Virus record (IMG/VR): IMGVR_UViG_3300012942_000021
Span: 1-40,947 of that record
Strand: one strand, 5' to 3'
Origin: a virus
Lineage: Duplodnaviria > Caudoviricetes
DNA length: 40,947 nucleotides
Shown here in pieces: positions 18,311-27,804 of this stretch. A model generated the notes under the pieces. The model was not told the origin of the DNA, searched no databases, and saw only the letters and a program-made list of their open reading frames with translations. The position numbers and the translations under genes were made by a program. Position 1 is the stretch's first letter, and every line of letters starts with the position of its first letter.

Positions 18311-19663
18311 TTAAGCGGTTTGACTGATAGGGAACAACATGCGCATGGTGTATTTAGGCACCATGTGAGAGCCCCAAACGTTGTCATAAACCATGCCGCG
18401 CTGGTTTTTACCAAAAATAGATCCGTAATACATGCGCAACGTAAATCCTGTGTCAGGATCGTTTTTTGACATGGTTGGGTAAGGGGATTCGTCAGGTAGT
18501 TGCGGCATTGCCAAGAAAAATGCATCTCCACCTATAATTAAGCCTGCTTTATGGCTTGGTGCCACCATAACTTTCATGCCTGCTACAATAGGTTTATTAA
18601 TGTTTTGCGCAGGCCCTGGCGCCCAAATTAAAGGATCTGAAAGCGTAATAGTGACCTGTCCGGCACTTAATTCTGCATCCGCTGCTGCACGACACTGAAC
18701 AGGCTGCGAAGAAACTGCATGTCCGCGATAAGTGAGTAAATAAAGATTACTCTGACCCGCTACATTCCAATTAAACTGAAATAAATCACCCGCTTTAATC
18801 GCCTCTGAATCTGTGGTGATGGGCGAGCTAAAAGTGATTTGAGTTACATTCTTACCGGTTGGGTCATTGGTGCTGACTACAGTCAAAATATTATTGGGAT
18901 TAGCACTGTTTCCTACCGTACCCGCCGTGTGTGTAGGCAATAAGTTGGATTGTAAATACTTAACGCGAGGCGTTCCAAAATCACCAATTTCCCAGCTCAT
19001 TGCAATGTCGTTATTGCGTTCTGGTGCAAATTGATTTAATCCATTACCCACGACAGACGGTACAATGACGTCTGGTAAAAATACTTTAATGCCTTGTGGA
19101 GAACCGGGATTTTTGAAATTAGTAACCGCTTGCTGTAATTGTTGATAGCTATTAATTGGATCGGTTCCGTTTCCAAAAAAGCGGTATGGGCCGCTCTCAG
19201 TATGCAGCGCGCCTGTTGGTACAGATTGGCCATTCTCATCAACCTCCATAACAGGTACAGCACTGATCGCATTTAAAGCTAAATTTGATTCGATATAACT
19301 AGCCAATTCTTCAACATCCGCTTTACCGAAGGTATTCATGTAATCGGTTGCTTCTAAGTTGAATACATCTTGCTGATTTGTGAACATGCGTGACGCATTG
19401 CGCGCTTGGTCGCAAGTCAGGGTTTCAAATTTTTGTTTAGACGCCTGAAAAGTAGCCACTAAACCATTTGCGCTTATAGAGTCGGGCGGAACGTCAAACA
19501 TTACACTTGACCCCAGATTTCCTTCCATTTTCTGAAAGTCTTTGAATTTCTTGTTAGCTTGTGAGCCAAAACACATTAAATTTTCGAAATAAGCCAATCC
19601 TGAGGGTTGCCAGGTTTGCACTGCACGTAAAATATTATCTGGTAAAGTAGTTGGTGAAGGCAT
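18311..19663 (-). CDS. major capsid protein (P22 coat-like)
   Basis: 450 aa after scaffold; IKAGDLFQF insertion domain; AFFLAMPQL. Confidence 0.9.
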   Translation of the reverse strand: MPSPTTLPDNILRAVQTWQPSGLAYFENLMCFGSQANKKFKDFQKMEGNLGSSVMFDVPPDSISANGLVATFQASKQKFETLTCDQARNASRMFTNQQDVFNLEATDYMNTFGKADVEELASYIESNLALNAISAVPVMEVDENGQSVPTGALHTESGPYRFFGNGTDPINSYQQLQQAVTNFKNPGSPQGIKVFLPDVIVPSVVGNGLNQFAPERNNDIAMSWEIGDFGTPRVKYLQSNLLPTHTAGTVGNSANPNNILTVVSTNDPTGKNVTQITFSSPITTDSEAIKAGDLFQFNWNVAGQSNLYLLTYRGHAVSSQPVQCRAAADAELSAGQVTITLSDPLIWAPGPAQNINKPIVAGMKVMVAPSHKAGLIIGGDAFFLAMPQLPDESPYPTMSKNDPDTGFTLRMYYGSIFGKNQRGMVYDNVWGSHMVPKYTMRMLFPISQTA

Positions 19664-19721
19664 TATTAAAACTCCGAAATATTTTTAATTCAGAGATAAC
19701 AGCCTTCACGGAATGGATTTA

Positions 19722-20465
19722 TTAAGCTCTTAAATGCGCTTGTCGTTTAAGATCGGCCACCGTTAATGGGCTATTATCTGCACCAGTAACAGAGGTTTTA
19801 ATTTGACCGAGCGGTTCATTAGGAAATTTAGCTTGAGAAGCGGTTTTATTTTTTCTTACCGATTCTGCGAGCTTATTTAATTCTTGTGCAGCCAGTTGCG
19901 GGTTCATCATATTCAAAACTTTTAAATTCGCAAATTTTTGCGGATTTTCAGCTAAATCATATGTGACATCCGCTGCAATCGAAGCATCTACCGAATTTAA
20001 TAGTGGTATCAACTCCAAATGTGCAGGCAAATTTAATGCAGCCACTTTTGTATCAAAATCAGCTATGCCCGTTTTTCCTGCTTCCAATTTTTGCACGTAC
20101 TGCATGTTCATATTATAAACTTGCTGTTGTTGCAACTGCTGGCTCAGTACTTGCGGCGCATGTTGTTCAATTAACTGTTTCACTTGTGCTTCAGTTAATT
20201 GCGGCATGCCGCCCAATTGTGTTGGCTGCGTATTTTGCTGTTGAGATTGTTGGGTATCCTGAGACTGCGGTTGTTGTACAGCAGTTGTCGAATACCTATT
20301 GCGCTCTTCGGCTTTTACGCGCCCTACAATTTCGTTAAGCTCCGATTGCGTAAACACTTTTTCCGCCGGTTGTTGACTCGGCTGAGCAGGCGTAGACGCA
20401 GGCGTGGCTGGCGTATTTGCACTCTGACCTTGAGAACCTTGTTCTCCTAAATTTTGTCCAGTCAT
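19722..20465 (-). CDS. scaffolding protein
   Basis: Q/P-rich; VTYDLAENP...MNPQLAAQELNKL; between portal and coat. Confidence 0.85.
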   Translation of the reverse strand: MTGQNLGEQGSQGQSANTPATPASTPAQPSQQPAEKVFTQSELNEIVGRVKAEERNRYSTTAVQQPQSQDTQQSQQQNTQPTQLGGMPQLTEAQVKQLIEQHAPQVLSQQLQQQQVYNMNMQYVQKLEAGKTGIADFDTKVAALNLPAHLELIPLLNSVDASIAADVTYDLAENPQKFANLKVLNMMNPQLAAQELNKLAESVRKNKTASQAKFPNEPLGQIKTSVTGADNSPLTVADLKRQAHLRA

Positions 20466-20478
20466 TCAAACCTCTATT

Positions 20479-20577
20479 GACTTTTAACCCCATCACGGTA
20501 AAGCCTCGCTAAACGCACGAGTCTCGACTATTTATACCCCATAGCTGGGTAATCGCCTCTATTAACGCAAGAGTCTC
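20479..20577 (-). promoter_or_regulatory. tandem duplicated structured leader of the scaffold gene
   Basis: Two units of about 50 nt with covarying stems CTCT/AGAG vs CTCG/CGAG. Confidence 0.6.
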
Positions 20578-20654
20578 GGTTAGTGCATCGTCGTGATGCA
20601 AAAAATAATAATGCAATAATTTTAAACTATTATCATAAAGAGTTAAGAAAAGAA

Positions 20655-20675
20655 TGGCGTTATTTGACGTGATTT
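20655..20675 (-). promoter_or_regulatory. late-promoter motif, copy 2
   Basis: TGGCGTTATTTGACGTGATTT; same motif at 25205. Confidence 0.65.
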
Positions 20676-20878
20676 TATTTTCCTAAAACTTTATTGGCTT
20701 TAGCTTTTATTTTTGCAGCGCTTGATGCGCTTAATTTTCCTTTAGCAACCATTTGCGTAGCGCGTGCTTTAGCATTAGCTGCGTGAGATTTATCAGGCAT
20801 TGGATATTTCTTTTGGCCCGGCAAGCCATATTGCGAACTTGGGATTTTCTTTCTTGCCGCCGCTGTTAATTTAGCCAT
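20675..20878 (-). CDS. small basic head-associated protein
   Basis: LTAAARKKIPSSQYGLPGQKKYPMPDKSHAANAKAR, a common phage family. Confidence 0.8.
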   Translation of the reverse strand: MAKLTAAARKKIPSSQYGLPGQKKYPMPDKSHAANAKARATQMVAKGKLSASSAAKIKAKANKVLGK

Positions 20879-23039
20879 TTTGATTTGCTCCTGTTGGTTG
20901 TTGGTGATTTGAAATAACCTGATTAGCCACTTCTAATGCTTCTTTAGCATGCCTATGCAGTTGGTCATGAGTTTCTAACGCCTGAGAATGCCTTTGACTA
21001 TCGGCTTTTAATGCCAAATCAACAGCCTTTGAATAAGTTTCTGCATCTGCCTTTTTAATTTGTACAGCATCACTAATACCAGCTTGTTGTTGCTCTAGCA
21101 TGATTTTCAGGCGGTCGTTTGTATTGGCATTAGCATCGTTCATGATTTCAGCCGTTTTAAATTGATTAGTAGCCTGGTCTTGATGAACCTGATGCTGAAA
21201 TTTTTGCATTTCTAATTGAGATTTCATTACCGCAGGATTTGGCTGCTGCATTTGCATTTGTTGTATTTTCTGCATCTCTTGCATAAATTGGTCTGCCAAT
21301 TGTTCTAGCTCATCCATCGCGTGACCTTCTAAATTTTTAATAATAGTTTTAAGTCCTTTGGTATTCATGAATTGTCCAAAGATAGGCATTGCTTGCGATA
21401 ATGAAACGATTTGCTGTAGCGTGCGTGATTTTTGAATATTAAAATTAACCCCCGCCTCCAGTCTTACGTTTAAAGCACTTGAATCATATTTTAGTTGAAT
21501 ACCATTAGGTTGATTAATCGGTACAAAACCTTTTTTACCATTGGCAAGCATGTACGGAATAGTACGTGGGGTTGTGTAATATTTAGGAATTAAATCTACA
21601 ATAATTTGCGCTAACTGATTTAATCCTTTCAAAAACCCGACAATATAAGGCATTGCCGCCGAATTGGACTGTGTCGCGGCTTCAACGATTGCAACACCGC
21701 TTAATTGATTATCATTAATGCCTAAAGAGGCATCATACGAGCCCACAATTGCCTGCATTATTTGCGGGCCCGACATAAATGTATTAACAACTTCGGGCGG
21801 GGTAGGGGTACGCTGTATTTCTCGTGGAGGCGGCAGCGGCTTATCGTCTTGCTTGCTCCGATAAGCATTAAATAAAATGATATTGCCCACCTGATTATTC
21901 ATTAAAGATTCAGTATATTCTGGGTTATCTGGTACGCCTTCAACGGGGATCATATATTTAGCTTGCGTCATATTTTCCATTTCGTTTGCCAGTGTTTGTC
22001 CTGCAAAATTAATTAACCTTTGCTGGTCGCGAGCATGATAAAGATAGGGGCGCGTCATCTGATAGACGGCACCATCGCTTCCATCTCGCAATAAAACGGA
22101 ATTTCCATCCACGAATATTAGCGGCAGATATTTATAATCTGTTTCTTCATAGTCAATTACCTGACTTTCAATAAATCTTGTTCTAGCTATAGTCGTAATA
22201 AAAGATTGGCGTGAGCGACTGGCGGTAGGTGGCTGTTCAAATCTTCCTGATTTTTTCCAGTCTTCCAAAAATTTCTCATACTCATCAGTTGTCATTGTTT
22301 GATTATCGGATAGCAGTACAATTTTAGCCTTTCGTTTCTTTTTCTCGTAATAATCACATAGTAATACAATTTCTTCTTGCTTTTGCGTTTTGTATGACCA
22401 ATTAAATCCGCTATTATCACGTGCAAATTTTACATTTTTTAAATCAATATCTGAGCCAACCTCTTCTTTTAACTCATCAACAGTTTTGGGGAAATTCTCA
22501 AAAGCAAATAATCCGTCCCCTTTGTGCGGCAATCTTGCATTAACATCAAATCCACATAGAGTAGGGTCAAATACTCGACCGAATTTAATTTCCTGCTCAA
22601 AATTTTTATCATTTGCATAGTCAGTCCAGGCTTTTATGACACTAAAACCGCCGCTTAATAAATCCATGTAAATATCATATTCAAATGACTCATTATTAGC
22701 GTCAAACATCATTGCACGCGTGTAACCTTCCACAACATTTAACGTCAACTCATCAATTTGCGCGCTATTTGCAGAAGTAACGCTTAAAGAAGGTTCTTGT
22801 TTGGCGAATTCACCGCGCAAGCGCGAGATATAAGCTTCGCTCATATTAAATTCAAGCTGAGGCTTCCCTAGCCGTTGCAAAACTCTAATTTCATCGTCTG
22901 ATAATGAAGATTTAAAAATAAAACGCCTAAATGCATGATACCTGTCAAAGTTATCTTTAAAATAACCGTGAAAAGTTTTAACGTTTTGTTTTTTGAATTC
23001 TAAACCATCTGAATATCTTTTAGCGACTGGCATAGGCAC
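20871..23039 (-). CDS. portal protein (P22-like, with C-terminal helical barrel)
   Basis: 722 aa; KPQLEFN, RDQQRLIN, SGVAI motifs; Q-rich tail. Confidence 0.93.
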   Translation of the reverse strand: MPMPVAKRYSDGLEFKKQNVKTFHGYFKDNFDRYHAFRRFIFKSSLSDDEIRVLQRLGKPQLEFNMSEAYISRLRGEFAKQEPSLSVTSANSAQIDELTLNVVEGYTRAMMFDANNESFEYDIYMDLLSGGFSVIKAWTDYANDKNFEQEIKFGRVFDPTLCGFDVNARLPHKGDGLFAFENFPKTVDELKEEVGSDIDLKNVKFARDNSGFNWSYKTQKQEEIVLLCDYYEKKKRKAKIVLLSDNQTMTTDEYEKFLEDWKKSGRFEQPPTASRSRQSFITTIARTRFIESQVIDYEETDYKYLPLIFVDGNSVLLRDGSDGAVYQMTRPYLYHARDQQRLINFAGQTLANEMENMTQAKYMIPVEGVPDNPEYTESLMNNQVGNIILFNAYRSKQDDKPLPPPREIQRTPTPPEVVNTFMSGPQIMQAIVGSYDASLGINDNQLSGVAIVEAATQSNSAAMPYIVGFLKGLNQLAQIIVDLIPKYYTTPRTIPYMLANGKKGFVPINQPNGIQLKYDSSALNVRLEAGVNFNIQKSRTLQQIVSLSQAMPIFGQFMNTKGLKTIIKNLEGHAMDELEQLADQFMQEMQKIQQMQMQQPNPAVMKSQLEMQKFQHQVHQDQATNQFKTAEIMNDANANTNDRLKIMLEQQQAGISDAVQIKKADAETYSKAVDLALKADSQRHSQALETHDQLHRHAKEALEVANQVISNHQQPTGANQNG

Positions 23040-24540
23040 GCCTCTTTAAATCGTATAATTTTGAATTAACCTGAGCAATCTTAGTTAGCATTTCATTTTT
23101 AGTGGCTTTTTTAGATACATCTAGAGAGGAGGGCGCGTACTGCATAGCAATATATTCCAAACTTTCACATGCATGAGAATACATATTTTTTAAAGGTTTT
23201 TCGTGATAGCGGTCCTCTAAATTATCATTAGCTGCCTTAATTTTTGGATATTGAAATTGTCCCATTAAACCTTCGCGTATTTGCTGGCAGCGGCTGGACA
23301 ATAAAAAACAAGGTTCGCCGCGACTTAATTTTCTTAAATGATATTTAAGTCCGTTTCTACGCGGCATTGCTGCATTCGATGAAGCTGCTGGCTCTGACTC
23401 AATACCAAATTTTTCTAAAATTTCTTGACAGGTGCGTCTGTCTATCTGGCTTTCGCCTTGACCGGCCGGATCATGGACGGATTTATAATTATCACGCCAA
23501 AAGGGATAAAAACGATCCAAGTGTGGAATTACAGTATTTTCTACAAAATCCTCTAAGCAATCATCCTCGCTATATAGTTCGTCTAAAACTATTAATTGTC
23601 CGTGCGGCGTATATTGCACCACAGCACAAGCCGGTGTTAATCCAAAATCCCATCCTAATGCCAGCTCAATATTTGGATCAGCTTTTAATTCTTTATCAGC
23701 ATAATGCAAGCGGTCTTTGTATTCAGGGTGAACAGGGCGTCCATTTACCACTACGCCATATTCACCCAGTATATAAACCTTAATTTCCTCATCCGTTAAT
23801 GATGGGACTTGGTTCAGGTAATAATTAGCATCCGGTAAATTATGGATATAATCCGCTTCTGGATTATTAATATATATTGTTCCATCCAGTGAAACTGAGT
23901 AAGCCGTTCCATCTTTAGGTATTTCATTGACAATTTTTAATGCAGGATCGAATTTAAATATTTTGAAATTATGAGGCTTATTTTTCTCAAATAATTGATA
24001 TATCCAATGTCTAGTAGAGGGTGGATTAGTATCGGCAATAACACCGGCCCATGTGATTTTAGCGCCACTTTTTTTAGGCGGATAACGGTTAACTCGCTGT
24101 TGACAAACTTTAAATATTTTTGGATGGATGAACTGTAATTCGTTAATATAAATTCCGGTAAACTCAAATGACATGAGCTTTTTAACGTCTTGCTCGCTAT
24201 CAAGCGCTAGAAAAATGACTTCTAAATCAAAATTAGGTAAAAAAATTCGGTGAGTAATGGGTGAGTCCCATTTAATTTTTCCAAAGTGTTCTTCTGGAAA
24301 CCAATCCAACCATGTTTTAATAGTAGTGCTTTTTAATTCAGGATACGTATTACGGATAATGCCCCAGCGTGAGCGCCTAACTCCATCGCTCCCAGGTTCT
24401 TGTAACCATGCTAGCTTAAAAACTTCCTCACAATCACCCACTGATTTACCGCAAGCAACGGGGCCTAACATTAATCTTACAAATGAATTGTCAGCATGAA
24501 ATTCACTTGCTGTTTTTGTTGCATGGTATTCTATTGCCAT
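23020..24540 (-). CDS. terL: terminase large subunit
   Basis: Walker A GPVACGKS, IRNTYPEL, YINE, DTNPP, GWDFGLTP nuclease motif. Confidence 0.96.
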   Translation of the reverse strand: MAIEYHATKTASEFHADNSFVRLMLGPVACGKSVGDCEEVFKLAWLQEPGSDGVRRSRWGIIRNTYPELKSTTIKTWLDWFPEEHFGKIKWDSPITHRIFLPNFDLEVIFLALDSEQDVKKLMSFEFTGIYINELQFIHPKIFKVCQQRVNRYPPKKSGAKITWAGVIADTNPPSTRHWIYQLFEKNKPHNFKIFKFDPALKIVNEIPKDGTAYSVSLDGTIYINNPEADYIHNLPDANYYLNQVPSLTDEEIKVYILGEYGVVVNGRPVHPEYKDRLHYADKELKADPNIELALGWDFGLTPACAVVQYTPHGQLIVLDELYSEDDCLEDFVENTVIPHLDRFYPFWRDNYKSVHDPAGQGESQIDRRTCQEILEKFGIESEPAASSNAAMPRRNGLKYHLRKLSRGEPCFLLSSRCQQIREGLMGQFQYPKIKAANDNLEDRYHEKPLKNMYSHACESLEYIAMQYAPSSLDVSKKATKNEMLTKIAQVNSKLYDLKRRAYASR

Positions 24541-24853
24541 TTCCAAAATTCATAATAAATTGCACCGGTTCTTCAGGGTCATTCCTTAATTCAACCGATT
24601 TTAGTTTTGGTTTTAAGTATTGACATAATTCAGCAGCCGCTTCTTTACGCAGATAACCATTTATTTTTTCCGGCACACCGTCAGGTTTTTTTAAAACGCC
24701 CGCTGCAATCTCAGCAAGTACAACAAAGGGGTCTATGCCGACCTTTTCGCAGGCTTCCCAAACTTCTTGCTTGTAATGCCTTTTATCTTTCAAGCCTTTT
24801 TTTCTGCCAGCCGGATTACCTGACTGACCCGGTTGAAACAAATTTTTTGCCAT
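24503..24853 (-). CDS. terS: terminase small subunit (DUF5681-type N-terminus)
   Basis: FQPGQSGNPAGRKKG; AAAELCQYLKPKLKSVE; overlaps terL. Confidence 0.82.
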   Translation of the reverse strand: MAKNLFQPGQSGNPAGRKKGLKDKRHYKQEVWEACEKVGIDPFVVLAEIAAGVLKKPDGVPEKINGYLRKEAAAELCQYLKPKLKSVELRNDPEEPVQFIMNFGNGNRIPCNKNSK

Positions 24854-24855
24854 GG

Positions 24856-25137
24856 TTACTTATTTGCTTTTTTCTTTGCGATTTTTTCCAGGCTTTTAAG
24901 TTCAGCTTTCAATGTTTTATTTTCCTCTTGCAGCGCTTCATACGCTTCAATCATTTTTGCTAAATCTGTTTTTAACTGGTCAACTTCTGATGGCGCAATT
25001 CCATCCGGTGTACTCACTGTTTCAGCACTTTTCGCCCAACCGATTCCCGCGCACTCATGACATGTTTTTCTCATTCCGCCAAGACCGAGAATTGTTTTTA
25101 CGCCGTTACAAGCGGGGCATCTGATTAAATCTGACAT
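24856..25137 (-). CDS. CxxCxG Zn-finger + coiled-coil protein
   Basis: CPACNG...CHECAGIG. Confidence 0.75.
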   Translation of the reverse strand: MSDLIRCPACNGVKTILGLGGMRKTCHECAGIGWAKSAETVSTPDGIAPSEVDQLKTDLAKMIEAYEALQEENKTLKAELKSLEKIAKKKANK

Positions 25138-25204
25138 TAAAAACCCTATTTTTAGATAATAAAAATCCATTATCATATTAATTATGATTAATACAATAAC
25201 ATTT

Positions 25205-25225
25205 TGGCGTGATTTGACGTTATTT
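25205..25225 (-). promoter_or_regulatory. late-promoter motif, copy 1
   Basis: TGGCGTGATTTGACGTTATTT upstream of the packaging operon; TATGATAAT downstream on minus strand. Confidence 0.65.
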
Positions 25226-25236
25226 AATTTATTGAT

Positions 25237-25467
25237 TTAGATAAAGGAAACTCTTTTGCATTTATCATTAAGACATTGATACTGAGGTTTATGCTTAGAA
25301 GACGTGTAACCATTTTTTCTTATATTTGTTGTGCCGCAATCTGGACACCTGAAAGAAGCTTTTGCAAGCTTCATCATCCATGGCCAACCATTACCAGTCA
25401 TAGTAATGTTCCACGTGTGACAATTTTCAGAGTAGGTAATTGAAGTAAATTGCATAGGTGTTTCCAT
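25237..25467 (-). CDS. Zn-ribbon protein (InsA- or Ogr/Delta-like)
   Basis: CPDCGTTNIRKNG...QYQCLNDKCKRVSF; start uncertain. Confidence 0.6.
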   Translation of the reverse strand: METPMQFTSITYSENCHTWNITMTGNGWPWMMKLAKASFRCPDCGTTNIRKNGYTSSKHKPQYQCLNDKCKRVSFI

Positions 25468-25492
25468 TTTATATTTTATTATTATTGTTTGA

Positions 25493-26134
25493 TTATTTAT
25501 TCTCCCAAAGAGCGCCAGTGCCTTTGCAAGAAGTGCAGCTAGGAGTAGCAATCACATATATTCCCGCAATAGGATAATGCACTTGTGTTTTTCCTTTACC
25601 ATCGCACACGGGGCACTTATACGGCTTTCCCTTAACTCTTTTTAACTTCCTGCACTGACTTGGCAAAAACGGATTATCATCATGTCCAGAGTAAAAACCA
25701 TCTTCTATAACGTAGATTTTATTGTGCATAATATTAAATATCGTTCCACGGAATGTATCGCGGCCTTCTGGATGAACAGCTACGCGGTCGCCTAGGCGGA
25801 ATTTTAGGATATATTCTAGTTCGGCCTGCGGCTTGCGTTCAGTCTTACAATCCCAACATCTAACTCCAACTTCAGCAAAACCACCTTCAACTATCATATC
25901 CGCTGCTTTTACTTGGGTATCTAAACAAGTATCACAATTATATTTGCGCGCATTCTCATTTACTGGTTGGGTTTCAAACTGTTGTAACTGCGCTTTGAGC
26001 TTTTCGTTTTCTTGCTTTAGCTGTTTAAAATTAGCTATTACATACCCTTTCGGATGATAATCAATTAGGAATTCTCCTTCATGCGGGATATTAATTATAT
26101 CGTAATCATATTTATCTTTTTTAAATACAAACAT
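25493..26134 (-). CDS. mosaic hypothetical protein with Zn fingers
   Basis: CDTC/CWDC and CPVCDGKG/CTSCKGTG. Confidence 0.75.
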   Translation of the reverse strand: MFVFKKDKYDYDIINIPHEGEFLIDYHPKGYVIANFKQLKQENEKLKAQLQQFETQPVNENARKYNCDTCLDTQVKAADMIVEGGFAEVGVRCWDCKTERKPQAELEYILKFRLGDRVAVHPEGRDTFRGTIFNIMHNKIYVIEDGFYSGHDDNPFLPSQCRKLKRVKGKPYKCPVCDGKGKTQVHYPIAGIYVIATPSCTSCKGTGALWENK

Positions 26135-26155
26135 CGCTAATTGTTCTCCTATTTA

Positions 26156-26365
26156 TTAATCAATACTACCTTCAATAAATATCTTAGACTTTACATATTC
26201 ACAGGCATAAACAATTTCCATTTTGCTAAGATTAAATTTGGCAACTTCAACTTTGTTGTTATGTACCATTAATACCGCAAAACCATCAACCTTTTTTAAA
26301 AGGCTGACTAGCTCCTGAAAAACTTCATTTTCTTCGCGTGGAGTTGGGTCAAGTAATCTAAGCAT
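26156..26365 (-). CDS. hypothetical protein
   Basis: ORF track, operon orientation. Confidence 0.65.
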   Translation of the reverse strand: MLRLLDPTPREENEVFQELVSLLKKVDGFAVLMVHNNKVEVAKFNLSKMEIVYACEYVKSKIFIEGSID

Positions 26366-26583
26366 AGTTTTGCATTACAATATTTATCAAACGGTTACAA
26401 TTTGTAACCGACCCCTCTTATTTTTATCACCTTAAACCGCCAAAATACTCCGCAAATATAGGCAGTTATAAAAGCACTGTTAATCTTTAGTTTAACTCTC
26501 TTTCGTAGTTTCATTTGTCGAAGCTCTCTAATAATTCAATTTCGTATTTTATTCTTTGCCTTACTTCCTCATATTCATCAAGT

Positions 26584-27240
26584 TCAATAGCAGAATAATC
26601 TAAGTTTTTTAAGATTAATTACTTTTCGTTTAACATTCTCCTCCAGCCGTTTTAGTCTATCCATATCTTCAAGTCTAGCTGCTAAAATATGATTTTCTTG
26701 CTGCATTCTATCAAGCTCAGCAATTAACTCTGTTTCTCTTTTCTTGAGCCTATCGAATTCTTTCTCGATGTTATCTAAACAATCATCAGCGACATTATCC
26801 CAGTTTTTATCAATATGATTTCTTAAATGTGTAATATCATTATCAACACCAACTTGCTCTTTAACATACAAAAAACACGGCTTATTACAGTGTATACATA
26901 TATAATAGCTCGTACCTTCGCCGCCGCTGCTTACATTAATGCCCGCTTGGCAGCACTCGCTAACTTGCTCTTTCATTTGATTGCCTTCAATTATATTTTT
27001 CAGATTTGACGCCGCCTTAAGCGCCGAAAATTTAAATTCCATAATTTCTAAAATTTTATTTCTCCTTTCATCGTTAGTTTCAAATTCATATGCATCTTCA
27101 AGTGATACTCCCCAACTTGTGCAATCTCGCTCCTCGTTTCCAAATTGCTCATGACACCAGTAATTAGGGTTATACCACGTAAACCATCCTTTAGACTCTA
27201 AAAATTTCTTTTTATCTTGCTCTGTGATATCGGTAGCCAT
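26584..27240 (-). CDS. mosaic hypothetical protein
   Basis: GGAGG RBS; internal KEQV repeat marks module junctions. Confidence 0.7.
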   Translation of the reverse strand: MATDITEQDKKKFLESKGWFTWYNPNYWCHEQFGNEERDCTSWGVSLEDAYEFETNDERRNKILEIMEFKFSALKAASNLKNIIEGNQMKEQVSECCQAGINVSSGGEGTSYYICIHCNKPCFLYVKEQVGVDNDITHLRNHIDKNWDNVADDCLDNIEKEFDRLKKRETELIAELDRMQQENHILAARLEDMDRLKRLEENVKRKVINLKKLRLFCY

Positions 27241-27425
27241 TATTTATCCTCCTGTTTCAAATCCCGCGCCGGTATCATCCACCCATGTCCACACTCACAC
27301 TTGTAAGCATGGGGATATTTGCGCTCACGCTTAGGCTTTTTAGTATCACGCGCTAATTGCTTTTGCAGAGCATCGTATTCACGACCTTCCAGTTCTGCGG
27401 CTTGCTTGGCGGTGTAGGTTTTCAT
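27240..27425 (-). CDS. small HTH DNA-binding protein
   Basis: YTAKQAAELEG...GWMIPARDL, excisionase-type wHTH pattern. Confidence 0.7.
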   Translation of the reverse strand: MKTYTAKQAAELEGREYDALQKQLARDTKKPKRERKYPHAYKCECGHGWMIPARDLKQEDK

Positions 27426-27802
27426 TTTATTTTCCTGTTATATTCACGCATATACTCACGCATATATTTTTTACGTTTCCTTTTGTTGCGCGATTTTTTT
27501 TCATACTCTTTTATTTTTTCTGGATTTTCTGCTCGCCATTTTTTAACGTGTTCATATAGTTTATCTGTATTGGCTTTGCGCCATTTTTTTAAATAATCAT
27601 ATTTCGCCTGTTTATTTTTTTTATGATACTTAACACTATATGCTTTAGTGTTATCAATATTTTTTTTATACCATTTCTTTTTATATTTTATCTTACATAA
27701 TCTACAAGGTGTAAATATCACTCCTTTTGGATTAACGTAAAAATCCGTAATTGATTTAGTTTTGTTACATTTATTACATTTTTTTTTGGTTTGAGCGGTC
27801 AT
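27422..27802 (-). CDS. Zn-ribbon basic protein resembling a homing-endonuclease N-terminus, lacking a nuclease domain
   Basis: KKCNKCNKTKSITDFY...CRLC, then K/R/Y-rich helical repeats. Confidence 0.65.
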   Translation of the reverse strand: MTAQTKKKCNKCNKTKSITDFYVNPKGVIFTPCRLCKIKYKKKWYKKNIDNTKAYSVKYHKKNKQAKYDYLKKWRKANTDKLYEHVKKWRAENPEKIKEYEKKSRNKRKRKKYMREYMREYNRKIK

Positions 27803-27804
27803 AA

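Noticed and set aside
20584-20605. Hairpin TGCATC-GTCGT-GATGCA as a terminator
   Set aside because: The A-run is on the wrong side to give a 3' U-tract on either strand
25237-25551. IS1 element
   Set aside because: Only a Zn ribbon is present; no InsB transposase or terminal inverted repeats
26855-26866. Perfect boxA TGCTCTTTAACA
   Set aside because: On the plus strand, antisense to and inside a minus-strand CDS; no boxB nearby
27422-27802. Active HNH homing endonuclease
   Set aside because: The protein ends before any HNH or endonuclease VII motif
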